A DNA stretch of 64,000 nt from Eledone cirrhosa. Lineage: Eukaryota. Position numbers and translations under genes: made by a program. The notes beneath the pieces were generated by a model that saw only the letters and a program-made list of their open reading frames with translations, made no database searches and was not told the origin of the DNA. Every line of letters begins with the position of its first letter. The stretch's first letter is position 1. This document shows positions 28,172-39,002 of this stretch, one piece after another. The stretch covers positions 99,820,001 through 99,884,000 of the forward strand of contig OZ024746.1 in the NCBI GenBank assembly GCA_964016885.1, in the 5' to 3' direction.

Positions 28172-28700
28172 TGGCTGCCCCTTCGTTATCGAGTATGGTC
28201 ATTGCACGATATACCATTATTAATAATAATTAATTAAATCTATCGTGCAATGCCTGTGCATGAAGATTTTTTTTAAGTGAGGGAAGACTGTGCACTGAGC
28301 CAATCCCACTCTCTGAGTGACAGTAGCTGTAACCCAAAAAGAAGGAAAGATCAACATCATCGGTTTTATGTCAGAGTTATCCCAGTTTCCTAGAAGAATC
28401 CCCTGAGAAAAGCTAGGGTCCTTCACTCCCAGTGGTTGTACCGCATGATCGGGTGTCCAGCCCAATTATTTATATGTCGCCACGCATATACATACACATG
28501 CACACATATATATATACATATATATACATATATATACATACACATGTATATACATATTTACACTCTTTTGGATGGCTGTTGACTCTTATTAGTTCTTCCG
28601 CCCTTTGTCAGGTTTTCTTTTTTGTCTTGCAGGGTGTCCAAAATCACCCTCCTCACCAAGTAAACTTGGGGGGTTGCGGGTTTAGTTGCCAACAACCCGA
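28172..28700. repeat. Unclassified bipartite interspersed repeat; other copies at 49800-50430, 33060-33410 (inverted) and 27940-28135
   Basis: Shared blocks ggctgcc..cgttatcgagtatgg.cattgcacgat... and ...cagggtgtccaaaatcaccctcctcaccaag..., joined by a TA/CA microsatellite. Confidence 0.8.
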
Positions 28701-29190
28701 ACAACACTAGAGAATTCAGATGACCATATGTTTCTTAATCGGGTGTAATATTCCCTGGCTACACGTTCCTTGTTACAGATACCATCATAGGATATATTCT
28801 CATCTATCCCTTGGTATCTGTAGCAGTCAACTTCTTTCAGTGGCAAGGCTCCAGTTTGGGAGTTCAGGAGCTGTGGAGAATGTGGAGTTACCCCTTAGTC
28901 GTTATCACTCCCAGGTCTGCTCTGGCCCGGAGTAGTAGTACCTGTTAGGGCCCTGTTTATGGGTTAAATAATTACCTTACTCGAGTAAGGTATTATCAGC
29001 CATTGAAAAGAAAATATATATATATACAATAGTAGAACACTGGAGAGTTTGGGACGAATTTGGTAGAAGTAGTTCCACAACAGTTAGTTCACCATACCGA
29101 GGCTCAGAACAACTTCTATATATATATATATATATATATATTATGCATGTGTGTGTGTGTGAATCATATAATGTAATAGTATAAAATTAC

Positions 29191-29344
29191 CTGAGACCAT
29201 CTTTTTTTATTTCGAATTTTTTTCTTATCTTTTAAATGTACAAAGAGTAAGACATCATCCTGTAATTGCCACAACAACTGGCCACCATATGGTGTTAAGA
29301 TTTTACATGGTGGGGGAAGTTTCACCGGGGTTTTCATCACAGAG
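29191..29344 (-). CDS. chs: Chitin synthase exon (TPYGGQL...VHLKDKKKIRNKKRWSQ)
   Basis: tacag|C acceptor, CAG|gtaatt donor. TPYGG and HLKD..KIR.KKRWSQ motifs. Confidence 0.96.
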
Positions 29345-31472
29345 CTGTAAGAAGTAAAAACAAGCAAATATGTAACAGGTAACACGCAAGACAATGAACA
29401 GTGTTGAATGCCTATACATTTTGTTGGAACCCAGAAACTAGATTGTGATTCCAGCAGAATTGGTAGAACTACATATATAAGGATACCATGAGTAAATATT
29501 CATAGTTTGTCACCAACCATTGTGCTGGCTTGCGTGTGCATCATCTGAGACTTACTATGTTTGGAAATATTGTTCATGAACTGATTTGTTCATTATTTAA
29601 GGTGTTAGTGAACCAAGGTTCCAATGTACAAGACATTGAAATGGTAATAAACAAGATGAGGATAAAAACAATATGAATTGTAATGCTCTTTACTGTTGGC
29701 TTCTATTATCTGAATTAGAGCACTGAGTTTGTTGAAAATAAAAGTAATAAATAGGAATCTAAGAATCACAACATTATACATAATTTCAAGTATAGTGTTA
29801 TAGGTGAAATTTACACTTCACCTTCATACCATAGGCAGTATATGAGATGCTCTCAATAAAATGATGCATCTTACACAACTACCACTCATTCCACGCATGT
29901 GGTTAGAATGTCTCAGGAAAGAATCATTGCTGGAAGGAGTTTTTGAGAACTCTGACCCCTCCAGAAGAAGAAGAAGAAGAAGAAGAAGAAGAAGAAGAAG
30001 AGACCACCACTCAATATTATAAAAGTATTCACAATATATCAAATGTAGTTTTGGAAAGCATGGAAGTTTTGAAGGATGCAGTGTCTGGACAGCTAACAAC
30101 TGATGCAGGTAGTTTGTTCAATGCTTCAGCAACTCTAAGCATGAAAAAATGTTTTAAAAAGTCATGGGAGCTGTACTGTTTTCTGATTTTGTAAACCTGT
30201 CCATAGGTGTTAGATATATGTGAAAGTCATGGGAGCTGTACTGTTTTCTGACTTTGTAAGCATTTCCACAGGTGTTAGATATACGAAATTCAAAAAGGTG
30301 CCCAGGGTTGTTGGAAAGGTGGGTGTCTACCAAGTCTGATGCTGCAAATTTAATTATAATAATAGTTTCTAAGATAGGTGCAAGACCAGAATTTTGGGTG
30401 GTGGACCAATTTGATTAAATCAGCCCAGTACCTAGTAATAAGAGATTTAGACTTATGATAATAATGTCTTGGGTTAGAATCCTGAACTGGGTTGTGTGGT
30501 TGTGTTCTTAAGCAAAACACTTCATTTCACATTGTTCCAATATAATCAGCTTAAAAAGAGTACCAGCAATGGCTGGGAATTTAACCCTGAGATGGAATGA
30601 TGTCCTCTCCAGGTGGGAGTCTTGTACTCTCAGTCGCTTCATGCCACGAAACTGGAATAAGTACCAGCCTGATGTGCCTCCAAGCTCGAGACAGACTTTA
30701 GAATAGAATTAGAAATAGAATAGTACTTGACTACGAGTTTATTTCAGGTAGAAGAATAAAAGACCAAGTGGGCTAAGGCAGGATTTGTACTCAGAATATA
30801 CATGTCATCATCATTTATATGCGGCATTGAGATGTTTTGAGACAGTGTTTTACAGTTTAATGCCCTTCTCAGTGCCATTCCTTTCAGTTGTCTCTTACAC
30901 ATGTAGGGATATAGTCTACCGATTCTAAAAATTGAGATACACACCTCCAGAACAACAAATACCATAAAAACTGTTATTCATTCATTATCATCATCATTAT
31001 TACTAATCCATGCTAGCATGGGAAAAACATGGATGCTAAACAGTAATAATTGTTTCTACTTTTGGCACAAGGCCAGCAATTACCCCAGTGTATTACTAGT
31101 ACTTTATTTTATCGACCCCATAAGGATGCAAAGTTAACCTCGGCAGGATTTGAACTCAGGCTGTAAAGGGACGTAACTCTATGTCTCAAAGCATGGCGTC
31201 CGACTCTCCACCAATACTGCCAATTCACCGCCCTGGTTGATTTTAATAATTGTTTCTGATTAAGGCACATGGCTAACAGTTAAATCGACCCCAATGCATT
31301 ACTGGTACTTTATGTTATCAACCCCATAAGGATGAAAGGCAAAGCTAACCTTGGTAGGATTTGAAAACAGAATGTAAAGGGCCGTAACTCTATACTGCGA
31401 AGCATTGTGTCTGATGCTCTACTGATACTGCCAATCCAATGTATAATAAAATGTATAATAAATTGTTAATAC

Positions 31473-31575
31473 CTAGCTGCTTTGTCAATGAGAGAGACAA
31501 ATGTCTGGACATATTTATTTACCATAACATCATTGTTTTCAGTTAGGTACATAGCATCATCAAAAAATATATGAC
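31473..31575 (-). CDS. chs: Chitin synthase 103-bp exon (GHIFFDDAMYLTENNDVMVNKYVQTFVSLIDKAA), absent from the ORF track
   Basis: tatag|GT acceptor, AG|gtatta donor. Conserved HIFFDDA motif. Confidence 0.94.
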
Positions 31576-31789
31576 CTATAAAAGATTGAGAAAATAATTA
31601 AATAACTTGGATTTTTTCCAGTTTTCAATGGAGATAAAACAATGATAAATAGCAACATAATCATTATCATTCACATATACAAATTTATGTAATATTGGCT
31701 ATTAGATTATGTATGTGTTACACATACATACATGTATGTGTATATATGAATGTCTCTCTTTCTCTTAATATCGAGTACATTTTTGACCT

Positions 31790-32720
31790 GCCACCTTCCT
31801 GGTGGCAAGGTTGTAAAAGAAAAGAAATTGTCATCTCTTGAATCGCAAGAATGTTTTGCAAATTTTGAAGGTGCCAGATATCGCGGCCATTTGTAGTCTA
31901 TGAATTAGGGAGCTGCGCTCTTTGTCCGCAAATCCAAGTTCAGTTATACTTTGGTCCAAACGGGTTGGTATATAACTTGCAGCTCCAATAATGATGGGGA
32001 TGAAGCAGAAGGTGTATCTTAGATACTGGATCTGCAAACTCCTCATCAATGGTCCGTAGACATCCTCCCTCTCCTGTATTTTTCTTACAATGTTAAAATT
32101 AAGTGAGAAGCTGATCTCTACAATAGAGCACGTTTTCAATGTGTGGTCCCAAACAGTAATATCAGGCTGGTTGTGCTTTAATTTGGTGGCAGGTTTTATT
32201 TTCAGGTTCCACCAGTATTCTTTACTGCCACCTATCTCAACATATTCCTCCTCATTTGTTTTTAATTTTGTTCAAGCTATCACATCATGTCTCATAGGGA
32301 GGTAGTAGCGAGACGATATTCTTTCGCAGTTCGCAACAATGTGGCTAACATCTTTGTTTTACAAAGCCTACATTTATTGTCGACTGATGGCCCTCCACTT
32401 TTGTGGAGCAGATATTTGATAGGGATTTCTTGTTCCTGTATTGCATAGAGATATCCTTCAAGGTGGGATGTCATAAACTTGATGGCACTCAATGCCAAGC
32501 TTTTTGAACGATTTATCCCCTCCATGGTCTCAGGTACCCATGCACAACTTTCTCTGTAAATTGGTCTTTATCTTGTTTGAACATAGAATAGAATCTTCCA
32601 ATTTCCCTGGGAGAGAGATTTATATCGGGCCTTATTCCATATCTCTCCTCCAGATCAGTGGCTATCCTAATGAAATTATTTTCTTCAATGCTCATAGACC
32701 TGGGCAAGATGAGCTGACCT
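31790..32720 (-). mobile_element. 3' fragment of a second RLE-type non-LTR retrotransposon
   Basis: EGYLYAIQEQEI...CRLC knuckle, PD...VEIS endonuclease-like motif, C-terminal LQMAAISGT.KICKTFL. Confidence 0.72.
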
Positions 32721-34570
32721 TTTGATGAGGAGGGAGACTGGACACCCTGCTAGATGTAAAACAAGACCTGATTATGGGCGGAAGAACTCACGAGAGTCAA
32801 CAGCCATCCAACAATGTGTATATATACTGTGTTGGTGTGTAAATCTATATATGTGGGTATGTGTAGGATTGGTTGTGTGTACGTGTGTATTTTTCTTTAC
32901 TTATTTTATTATTATCTTTTTTTTAACTTTTAAACTTTTAACCTTTAAACTTTTAAATTTTAAACATTTAAATAATTTTTTTTTAAATATTTAATTGTAT
33001 CTTATCTATCTATTTTACCTGGTTATTATTGATCTGGAAAAACCTATGGCTGCATCATGTGCGGGGACATAGAAATAATTCAGTTGGATATCCGATCGCA
33101 CAGTTAAACCACTGGGAGTGAAGGACCCCTAGCCTTTGTCAGGTTATTCTTCTAGGAGGAGGCAAATACAGAAACTGGGATAAGTCTGACATAAAACCTG
33201 CAGCTCAGTAGTTACCGATGATGTTGATCTTTTCTTCTTTTCAGGTTATAGCTACAGTCGCTCAGAGTGTGGGATTGGCTCAGTGCAGTCTTTCCTCACT
33301 TTAAAAATAATCTTCATGCACCGGCATTGCACGATAGAATTAATTGATAATTATTAATAATGTTATATCATGCAATGGCCATACTCGATAACGAGGGGGC
33401 AACCATCATGCATGCGTGCGTGCGTGTGTGTGTCCTATGGTTTTTATTGCCAAGGTGGAAGGAGGCCTGAGAATCTACTCTCCACTAAAATGCCCCAAAA
33501 GTTTGTCTCATGTTACATCTGACAACTGAAGCTCAGCTCCTGTCCTTCCTAATCAAAGATATTTGTAACTAACAAGGGGAAGAGGCAAAGGTGAGTTACT
33601 GAGGCCTTGAAATCAGTTGCTCTGAGCAAACAGAGCCCATCAGCCATGGATGGCAACCCATCTGGACATGGTAATATAGAAATCCCCCTGGTTGGTGTCA
33701 GGGCATGCAGTATCTTCACAGAGACTTAGAGAGAGTACTCATGTTATACAAGTGTTTGTAACTATAATCCATGATGTACAAATGTCTCTTTTGTGATATA
33801 TTTCATGTCATTCTATCTCTCCAGTCAATGCAGGCTGGGACTCTAAATTCATGGTACCATGTAGACATGGGACTTATTGTTGTAGATATTCGGGTGTCAT
33901 ACAAATTTGCGCCAGTGAAATACTGCTACTTTTGTAGTTTTGTCACCTCAGGTGATGTATAGATGGGAGGAATCATGATTCCCCAGTCACTTCTGCTGAT
34001 GGCCTGTGTTGAAATGTTGTCAGTTCCTGCAGGTGATAGATATACATGTTTGTGTTTGGTTTACAGAGTATGACAAATCATTAAGTGCTCAGTAGACACT
34101 CATAGAGAGTATGATAGTATATAATATAATTACGTCTAGTTACTTCCATTCCATGGTTTCATGCTTCTTAATTCCATAACTCCTTGTGGAATCATAGAGG
34201 CACTGTCATACGGCATGTCTAGGACACTTTTAAACCTGATAGAGCCCAACCCTGTACAGGTCCGAACACAGTCGATTTTTTCTATAGAGGAAGAATCGAC
34301 CCCAGTACTGGACTGGGGCTTTTTTTATGGACCTCGAAAGGATGAAAGACAAAGTTGACGACGGCGGGATTTGAACTCAGAGAGTGCAATGAGGTGGGAT
34401 GAATACCGTAAAGCATTCTATCTGACATCTTAACGACTTTGCCAATTTGCCACCTAGCATGGTTTCATACTAGTATGCACCAATTTAGACATGGTTGATT
34501 TCTGCAGACATTTACTGCATAAATCAAAAGGTAAGATTAACAATTAAGAATTCTTGATAAAAATACGAAC

Positions 34571-34647
34571 CTTCACATTGATAGAAATCATTATCCCTTT
34601 TAGTCACATTCTTCATGTCATTTTGTAAGGTTTGATCAATTGCCATT
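34571..34647 (-). CDS. chs: Chitin synthase 77-bp exon (R-MAIDQTLQNDMKNVTKRDNDFYQCE-G), absent from the ORF track
   Basis: ttttcag|A acceptor, G|gttcgt donor. Bridges phase 2 to phase 1. Matches the expected 'R.D.DQ...D.Y.FE' segment before HIFFDDA. Confidence 0.88.
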
Positions 34648-34690
34648 CTGAAAAATTAATTCAATGTACTAATTAACCCTTTTGCATTTA

Positions 34691-34890
34691 AGTATTACAA
34701 TTAAAAAGAATTAGTAATAATTAATAACTAAAAATTAAAGATTTAAAATTAAGTGTTGGAGTAAGTTTTTTTCCCATCGCCTTTGCTCAAAAGAGCAAGG
34801 AAGATGGGAAAAAAACTTACTCCAACATTTAATTTTAAGTCTTTAATTTTTAGTTTTTAATTCATATTAATTCTCTTTAATTGTAATACT
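34691..34890. repeat. ~200-bp imperfect palindrome (foldback)
   Basis: Arms agtattacaattaaa...ttggagtaagtttttttcccatc..ttgctc / gagcaa..gatgggaaaaaaacttactccaa...tttaattgtaatact with a 4-nt loop. Confidence 0.9.
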
Positions 34891-34891
34891 C

Positions 34892-34939
34892 AGCATTTGA
34901 TAAGATGAATTTTAAAAATACATCGAAACCGGTAATACT
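34892..34939 (+). ncRNA. Degenerate minimal hammerhead ribozyme from a different family
   Basis: agcat TTGATAA gatg...catc GAAA ccgg TA atact. Stems and palindromic CCGG present, but two substitutions in CUGAUGA. Confidence 0.5.
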
Positions 34940-35089
34940 TTATATACTTTATATACATTATAAAAGTCTTTTTTAAAAGAATTGTCTCTCTCATTTTTTC
35001 AATAATGTCACTTTGATGAATCAAAGAAAGAAAAACAAGAAAAACAGACCCTAAAATATATTTTCCGTGCTATTTGCAACTTCATCTTT

Positions 35090-35129
<40 letters not shown>

Positions 35130-35130
<1 letters not shown>

Positions 35131-35336
35131 TACATTTATTGGTAGGTGACGCGCGTTTCGCCACTGATCGGTTCAAGGTTCGATCTGTATCGATATTACC
35201 CGACTCTATAATCGGCAGCTCGATGGACCCTTTAAAATGCTAGGGTCCGTCGAACTGCCGACTATAGAGTCGGGTAAGATCAATACAGATCAAACCTTTA
35301 TCTGATCAGTGGTGCATCACCTACCAATAAATGTAA
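35130..35336. repeat. ~200-bp imperfect palindrome (foldback)
   Basis: Arms tacatttattggtaggtga...ttacccgactctata.tcggcag.tcga.ggaccct / agggtcc.tcga.ctgccga.tatagagtcgggtaa...tcacctaccaataaatgta. Confidence 0.9.
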
Positions 35337-35739
35337 TGAAGGAGTAACCAATCGTCCTTGTTATCCTTTCACTATAATACACTCTGTCTAGCTCTACACC
35401 TCAACACAGAAGTGAACCTAAACATCGAGTGCTCACCCGGGTGAACCTGCAGTAACTCCAAGTTACACTCCCTAGATATATAATATATATATACATATAT
35501 ATCATCATCATCATCATCAACATCATCATTTTACGTCCACTTTTCCCTGCTTGCAAGGGTGGGACGGGAACTGATTCTGGCTTGATTTCTACAGTTGGAT
35601 GCCCTTCCTAAAACCAACCTCATTTACAGAGAGTGCTGGGTGCATTTTTGCTGTGGCACCTCCATGACCACTTTGCAGTGGAATGATAGGGACACCAGTC
35701 CCTATCATCTCATTTCTACAGCTGAGTAAACTGGAGCAA

Positions 35740-37749
35740 TGTGAAAAAAAGCAGGCTTGGAAAGTATGGCGGGATGGGGGAAGTAGAGAAGACTATCAAG
35801 TGGCCAGGAGGGAAGCTAGGAGACAAGTGTACTTCGCAAGAAGGGAAGCAGAGGAAAGAAAGTTCAAGCATGTTCTACAACGCGAGGACCAAAAACGTGA
35901 GGTGTTCAGGATTGCTAGGCAATGCATCAAGGAAAACCGTGATATTGTCGGGGAGAAGTGTGTACTTAATGATGACGGCGTACTTGCCATCACCGACGCT
36001 GATAAGAAGGTAGTTTGGAAGTGTCACTATGAAAGGCTACTAAATGAGGAGAATAAATGGGAGAAAGACAGTCTCCCCCACATCGACCCAATAGAGGGAC
36101 CAGCAGTGTTAGTCGAGGGGAGTATAATAAGTAAGGCAATCAAGGATATGAAGACGGGTAGGGTGGCTGGGCCTTCGGAAATAGTTGCTGAGATGCTGAG
36201 GGCATCTGGCACGGTGGGACACACCATGGTCATCCGCATAGTTAACCAAGTCGTACAGAATGGGGTTGTACCGAAGGACTGGCATAGCAGCATCATCGTT
36301 AACTGTTATAAGGGTAAAGGAGATGCCCTAGATAGGAGTAACTATAGAGGCATTAAATTAATCGACCAGGTCATGAAGGTCACGGAAAAAGTAATAGCGC
36401 AACTAATCAGAGAGAGAATTGACCTAGATGAAATGCAGTTCGGGTTTGTGTCAGGCAAAAGTACCACAGACGCTCTTTTCATTGTACGACAACTACAGGA
36501 GAAGTACCTAGCTGAAGGTAAACCCCTCTACTTAGCTTTTGTCGACTTGGAGAAAGCCTTCGACAGAGTCCCCCGTTCCATTATCTGGTGGGCTCTTAGA
36601 AAACTAGGTGTTGACGAATGGCTTGTGAGAGCTATACAAGCCATGTATAAAGAAACAGTCAGAAAGGTTAGAATTAACAACGAATATAGTGAAGAGTTTA
36701 GCGTAAAAGTTGGCGTCCATCAGGGCTCTGTTCTCAGCCCCCTACTATTTATTATTGCCCTTCAGGCTATAACAGAGGAGTTCAAGACCGGCTGCCCATG
36801 GGAACTCCTATACGCAGACGATCTGACACTCATAGCTGAATCAATGGCTGAGCTAGAGAAGAAATTCCAAACATGGAAGCACGGCCTAGAATCAAAAGGA
36901 CTTAAAATTAACCTGGCTAAGACTAAAATTTTAGTTTGTAGGAAAGAAAGTAAGGCGGTGGTCCCTTCTGGGAAATGGCCATGCTCAGTGTGTAGGAAAG
37001 GCGTAGGTAGAAACTCCATTTTATGTCCCAAATGCAAAGTATGGGTGCATAAAAGATGTAGTGGGATCACAGGTAAGCTAACTAAGAACATAGATTTTAC
37101 ATGTCGCCGGTGCTCTGGTGCAATAAGTAGCAGCAAGTGCCCACAAAATACTAGCTCTTTCAATTGCGCAGAGGGTACTATAGAAATAGTGGACAGCTTC
37201 CGTTACCTGGGCGACAAAATCAGCAGTGGGGGAGGGTGCTCTGAACGTACAGTAGCTAGAGTCAGAACTGGTTGGAAAATGTTCAGAGAGCTTATACCAC
37301 TATTAGCTGCTAAAGGGTTCTCCCTAAAAATGAAAGGCAGGTTGTATGATGCCTGCATACGAACAGCAATGTTGCATGGCAGTGAGACCTGGGCATTGTG
37401 TGCAGATGATATACGCAGACTAGAGAGGAACGAAGCTTGCATGCTCCGCTGGATGTGTAACAGTAATATACGTGAACGGCAAAGCATAAACGAACTAAGG
37501 AAAAAATTAGAAATAAGAGGGATCAGATGTTGTTTACTCGAGAGAAGGCTACGTTGGTATGGACACGTGATGCGCATGAAAGTCGATAGCTGTATAACAA
37601 AGTGCAGGGCAATAAAGATAGACGGTAGCCACGGAATAGGCAGACCTAGAAAAAACTGGGACGAGCTGATAAACTCCGACCTCACACACTTACACCTCTC
37701 CAAGACAATGTCACTGGACCGAGACCTTTGGCGGTACTTTCGCCTGTAG
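35740..37749 (+). mobile_element. 5'-truncated RTE-clade LINE with a long open RT frame and embedded PHD-like finger
   Basis: NYRGIKL, QFGF, FVDLEKAFD, GVHQGSVLSPLLF, LYADD, YLG, MLHGSETW, RRLRWYGHVMR, GRPRK.W motifs. No endonuclease domain present. Confidence 0.92.
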
Positions 37750-38332
37750 TGTATGTGGGGGTGGATGTGATGATAAGATGGTGGTGACGGACGCTGGCTG
37801 AGGTGGGCTGTGGTGTGGGGGTGGGGGATTGTCGATAGACAGATTGCCATGCATTTGTGACTGATTATTGTGTGTGGTGTGGCTGTGGTGTTGTTGTTTA
37901 TGGTAGTTGTGTTTATGGTGGTGTGGCTGTGGTGTTGTTGTTTATGGTAGTTGTGTTTATGGTGGTGTGGCTGTGGTGTTGTTGTTTATGGTAGTTGTGT
38001 TTATGGTGGTATGGTGTTGGTGGTGTCAAATACAATGGGGAGATACATACCTAGACACACTTAGTCTGACAATAACGATGTATACATACACATGCGTATA
38101 TACACACTGACATATATACACATACACACACACACACATACATACACACATATATATATACATATATACACGTGTGTGTGTATACAGAGAGAGGAGGGGT
38201 GTCAGTGGGGATGGCTTAGTACATAGATAGAAGGAGGGGAGAGCCAATGGAGATGGCGATGTACATATAAATATATATATATATATATATACAATATTAA
38301 ATAAATGGAAACTATATTTATAAAACCATATT

Positions 38333-38396
38333 TATTTTATTATATATATTTCAAGGGTACCAAGACAACATTGGTACGCTTTCATCAGATAAAATA
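38333..38396 (-). ncRNA. Minimal type I hammerhead ribozyme (Penelope-like type), sense to the chitin synthase pre-mRNA
   Basis: Minus strand reads UAUUUUAU-CUGAUGA-AAG(C)GUACCAA-uguuguc-UUGGUAC(C)CUU-GAAA-UAUAUA-UA-AUAAAAUA: intact core, 8-bp stem I, 10-bp stem II with one C-C mismatch, palindromic helix III. Confidence 0.85.
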
Positions 38397-38753
38397 CAAA
38401 GTTTGTTTTATAAATAGAGACGTACCCATGAAAATTCACTGGATAGTGAAAATATATTAGGGATTATTCAAACTTATGTGTGAATATGCAAATGAATATG
38501 TAAATAATTGAAAACAACCGTTTATTTAAATGACACTGGAAAAAGAGAGAGAAGAAAGAGAGAGAGAGAAAAAAATAAAAATAATAATATTACGAGAGAG
38601 ATAGAGAGAAGAAATTAACAAGAGGATGAATAGAACTCGTGTAACGTTAATTTGTGGGAATATATTCTCAGTATATATCTACTAATGGTACGTATATTTA
38701 CGATTAAGTAGTTTGTTAAAATTCTTTTCTAATATAATATTTACTGTTATAAG

Positions 38754-39002
38754 TGTGGGCATGGTGTGGCGTGCGGTGGCCGGAAGCGGTGGAGTGCTCG
38801 ACCGGAAGGGTGCTTGGCCGGAAGGATGCTCGACCGGAAGGGCCAGCAGATGGGCCTCTCTCTAGTGGTGACCAGCAACGGTGTGGACGCGAGTTCTGGC
38901 AGCTCCCGGTGTTAAGGAGCTGGACGCACGTGGAAGAGGAGAAACCAGCAGTGGGATTTAGCCTATGAAAAGTGGTAAGTGAGATAGCTTTTTCTAACCA
39001 CA
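38754..39002 (+). repeat. 5' LTR of the Gypsy element
   Basis: tgtgggcatgg...ctaaccaca, direct repeat of 42504-42740. Confidence 0.93.

Noticed and set aside
37203-37850. 215-aa minus-strand ORF and other antisense ORFs over LINE and Gypsy sequence
   Set aside because: Shadow frames of retroelement coding sequence.
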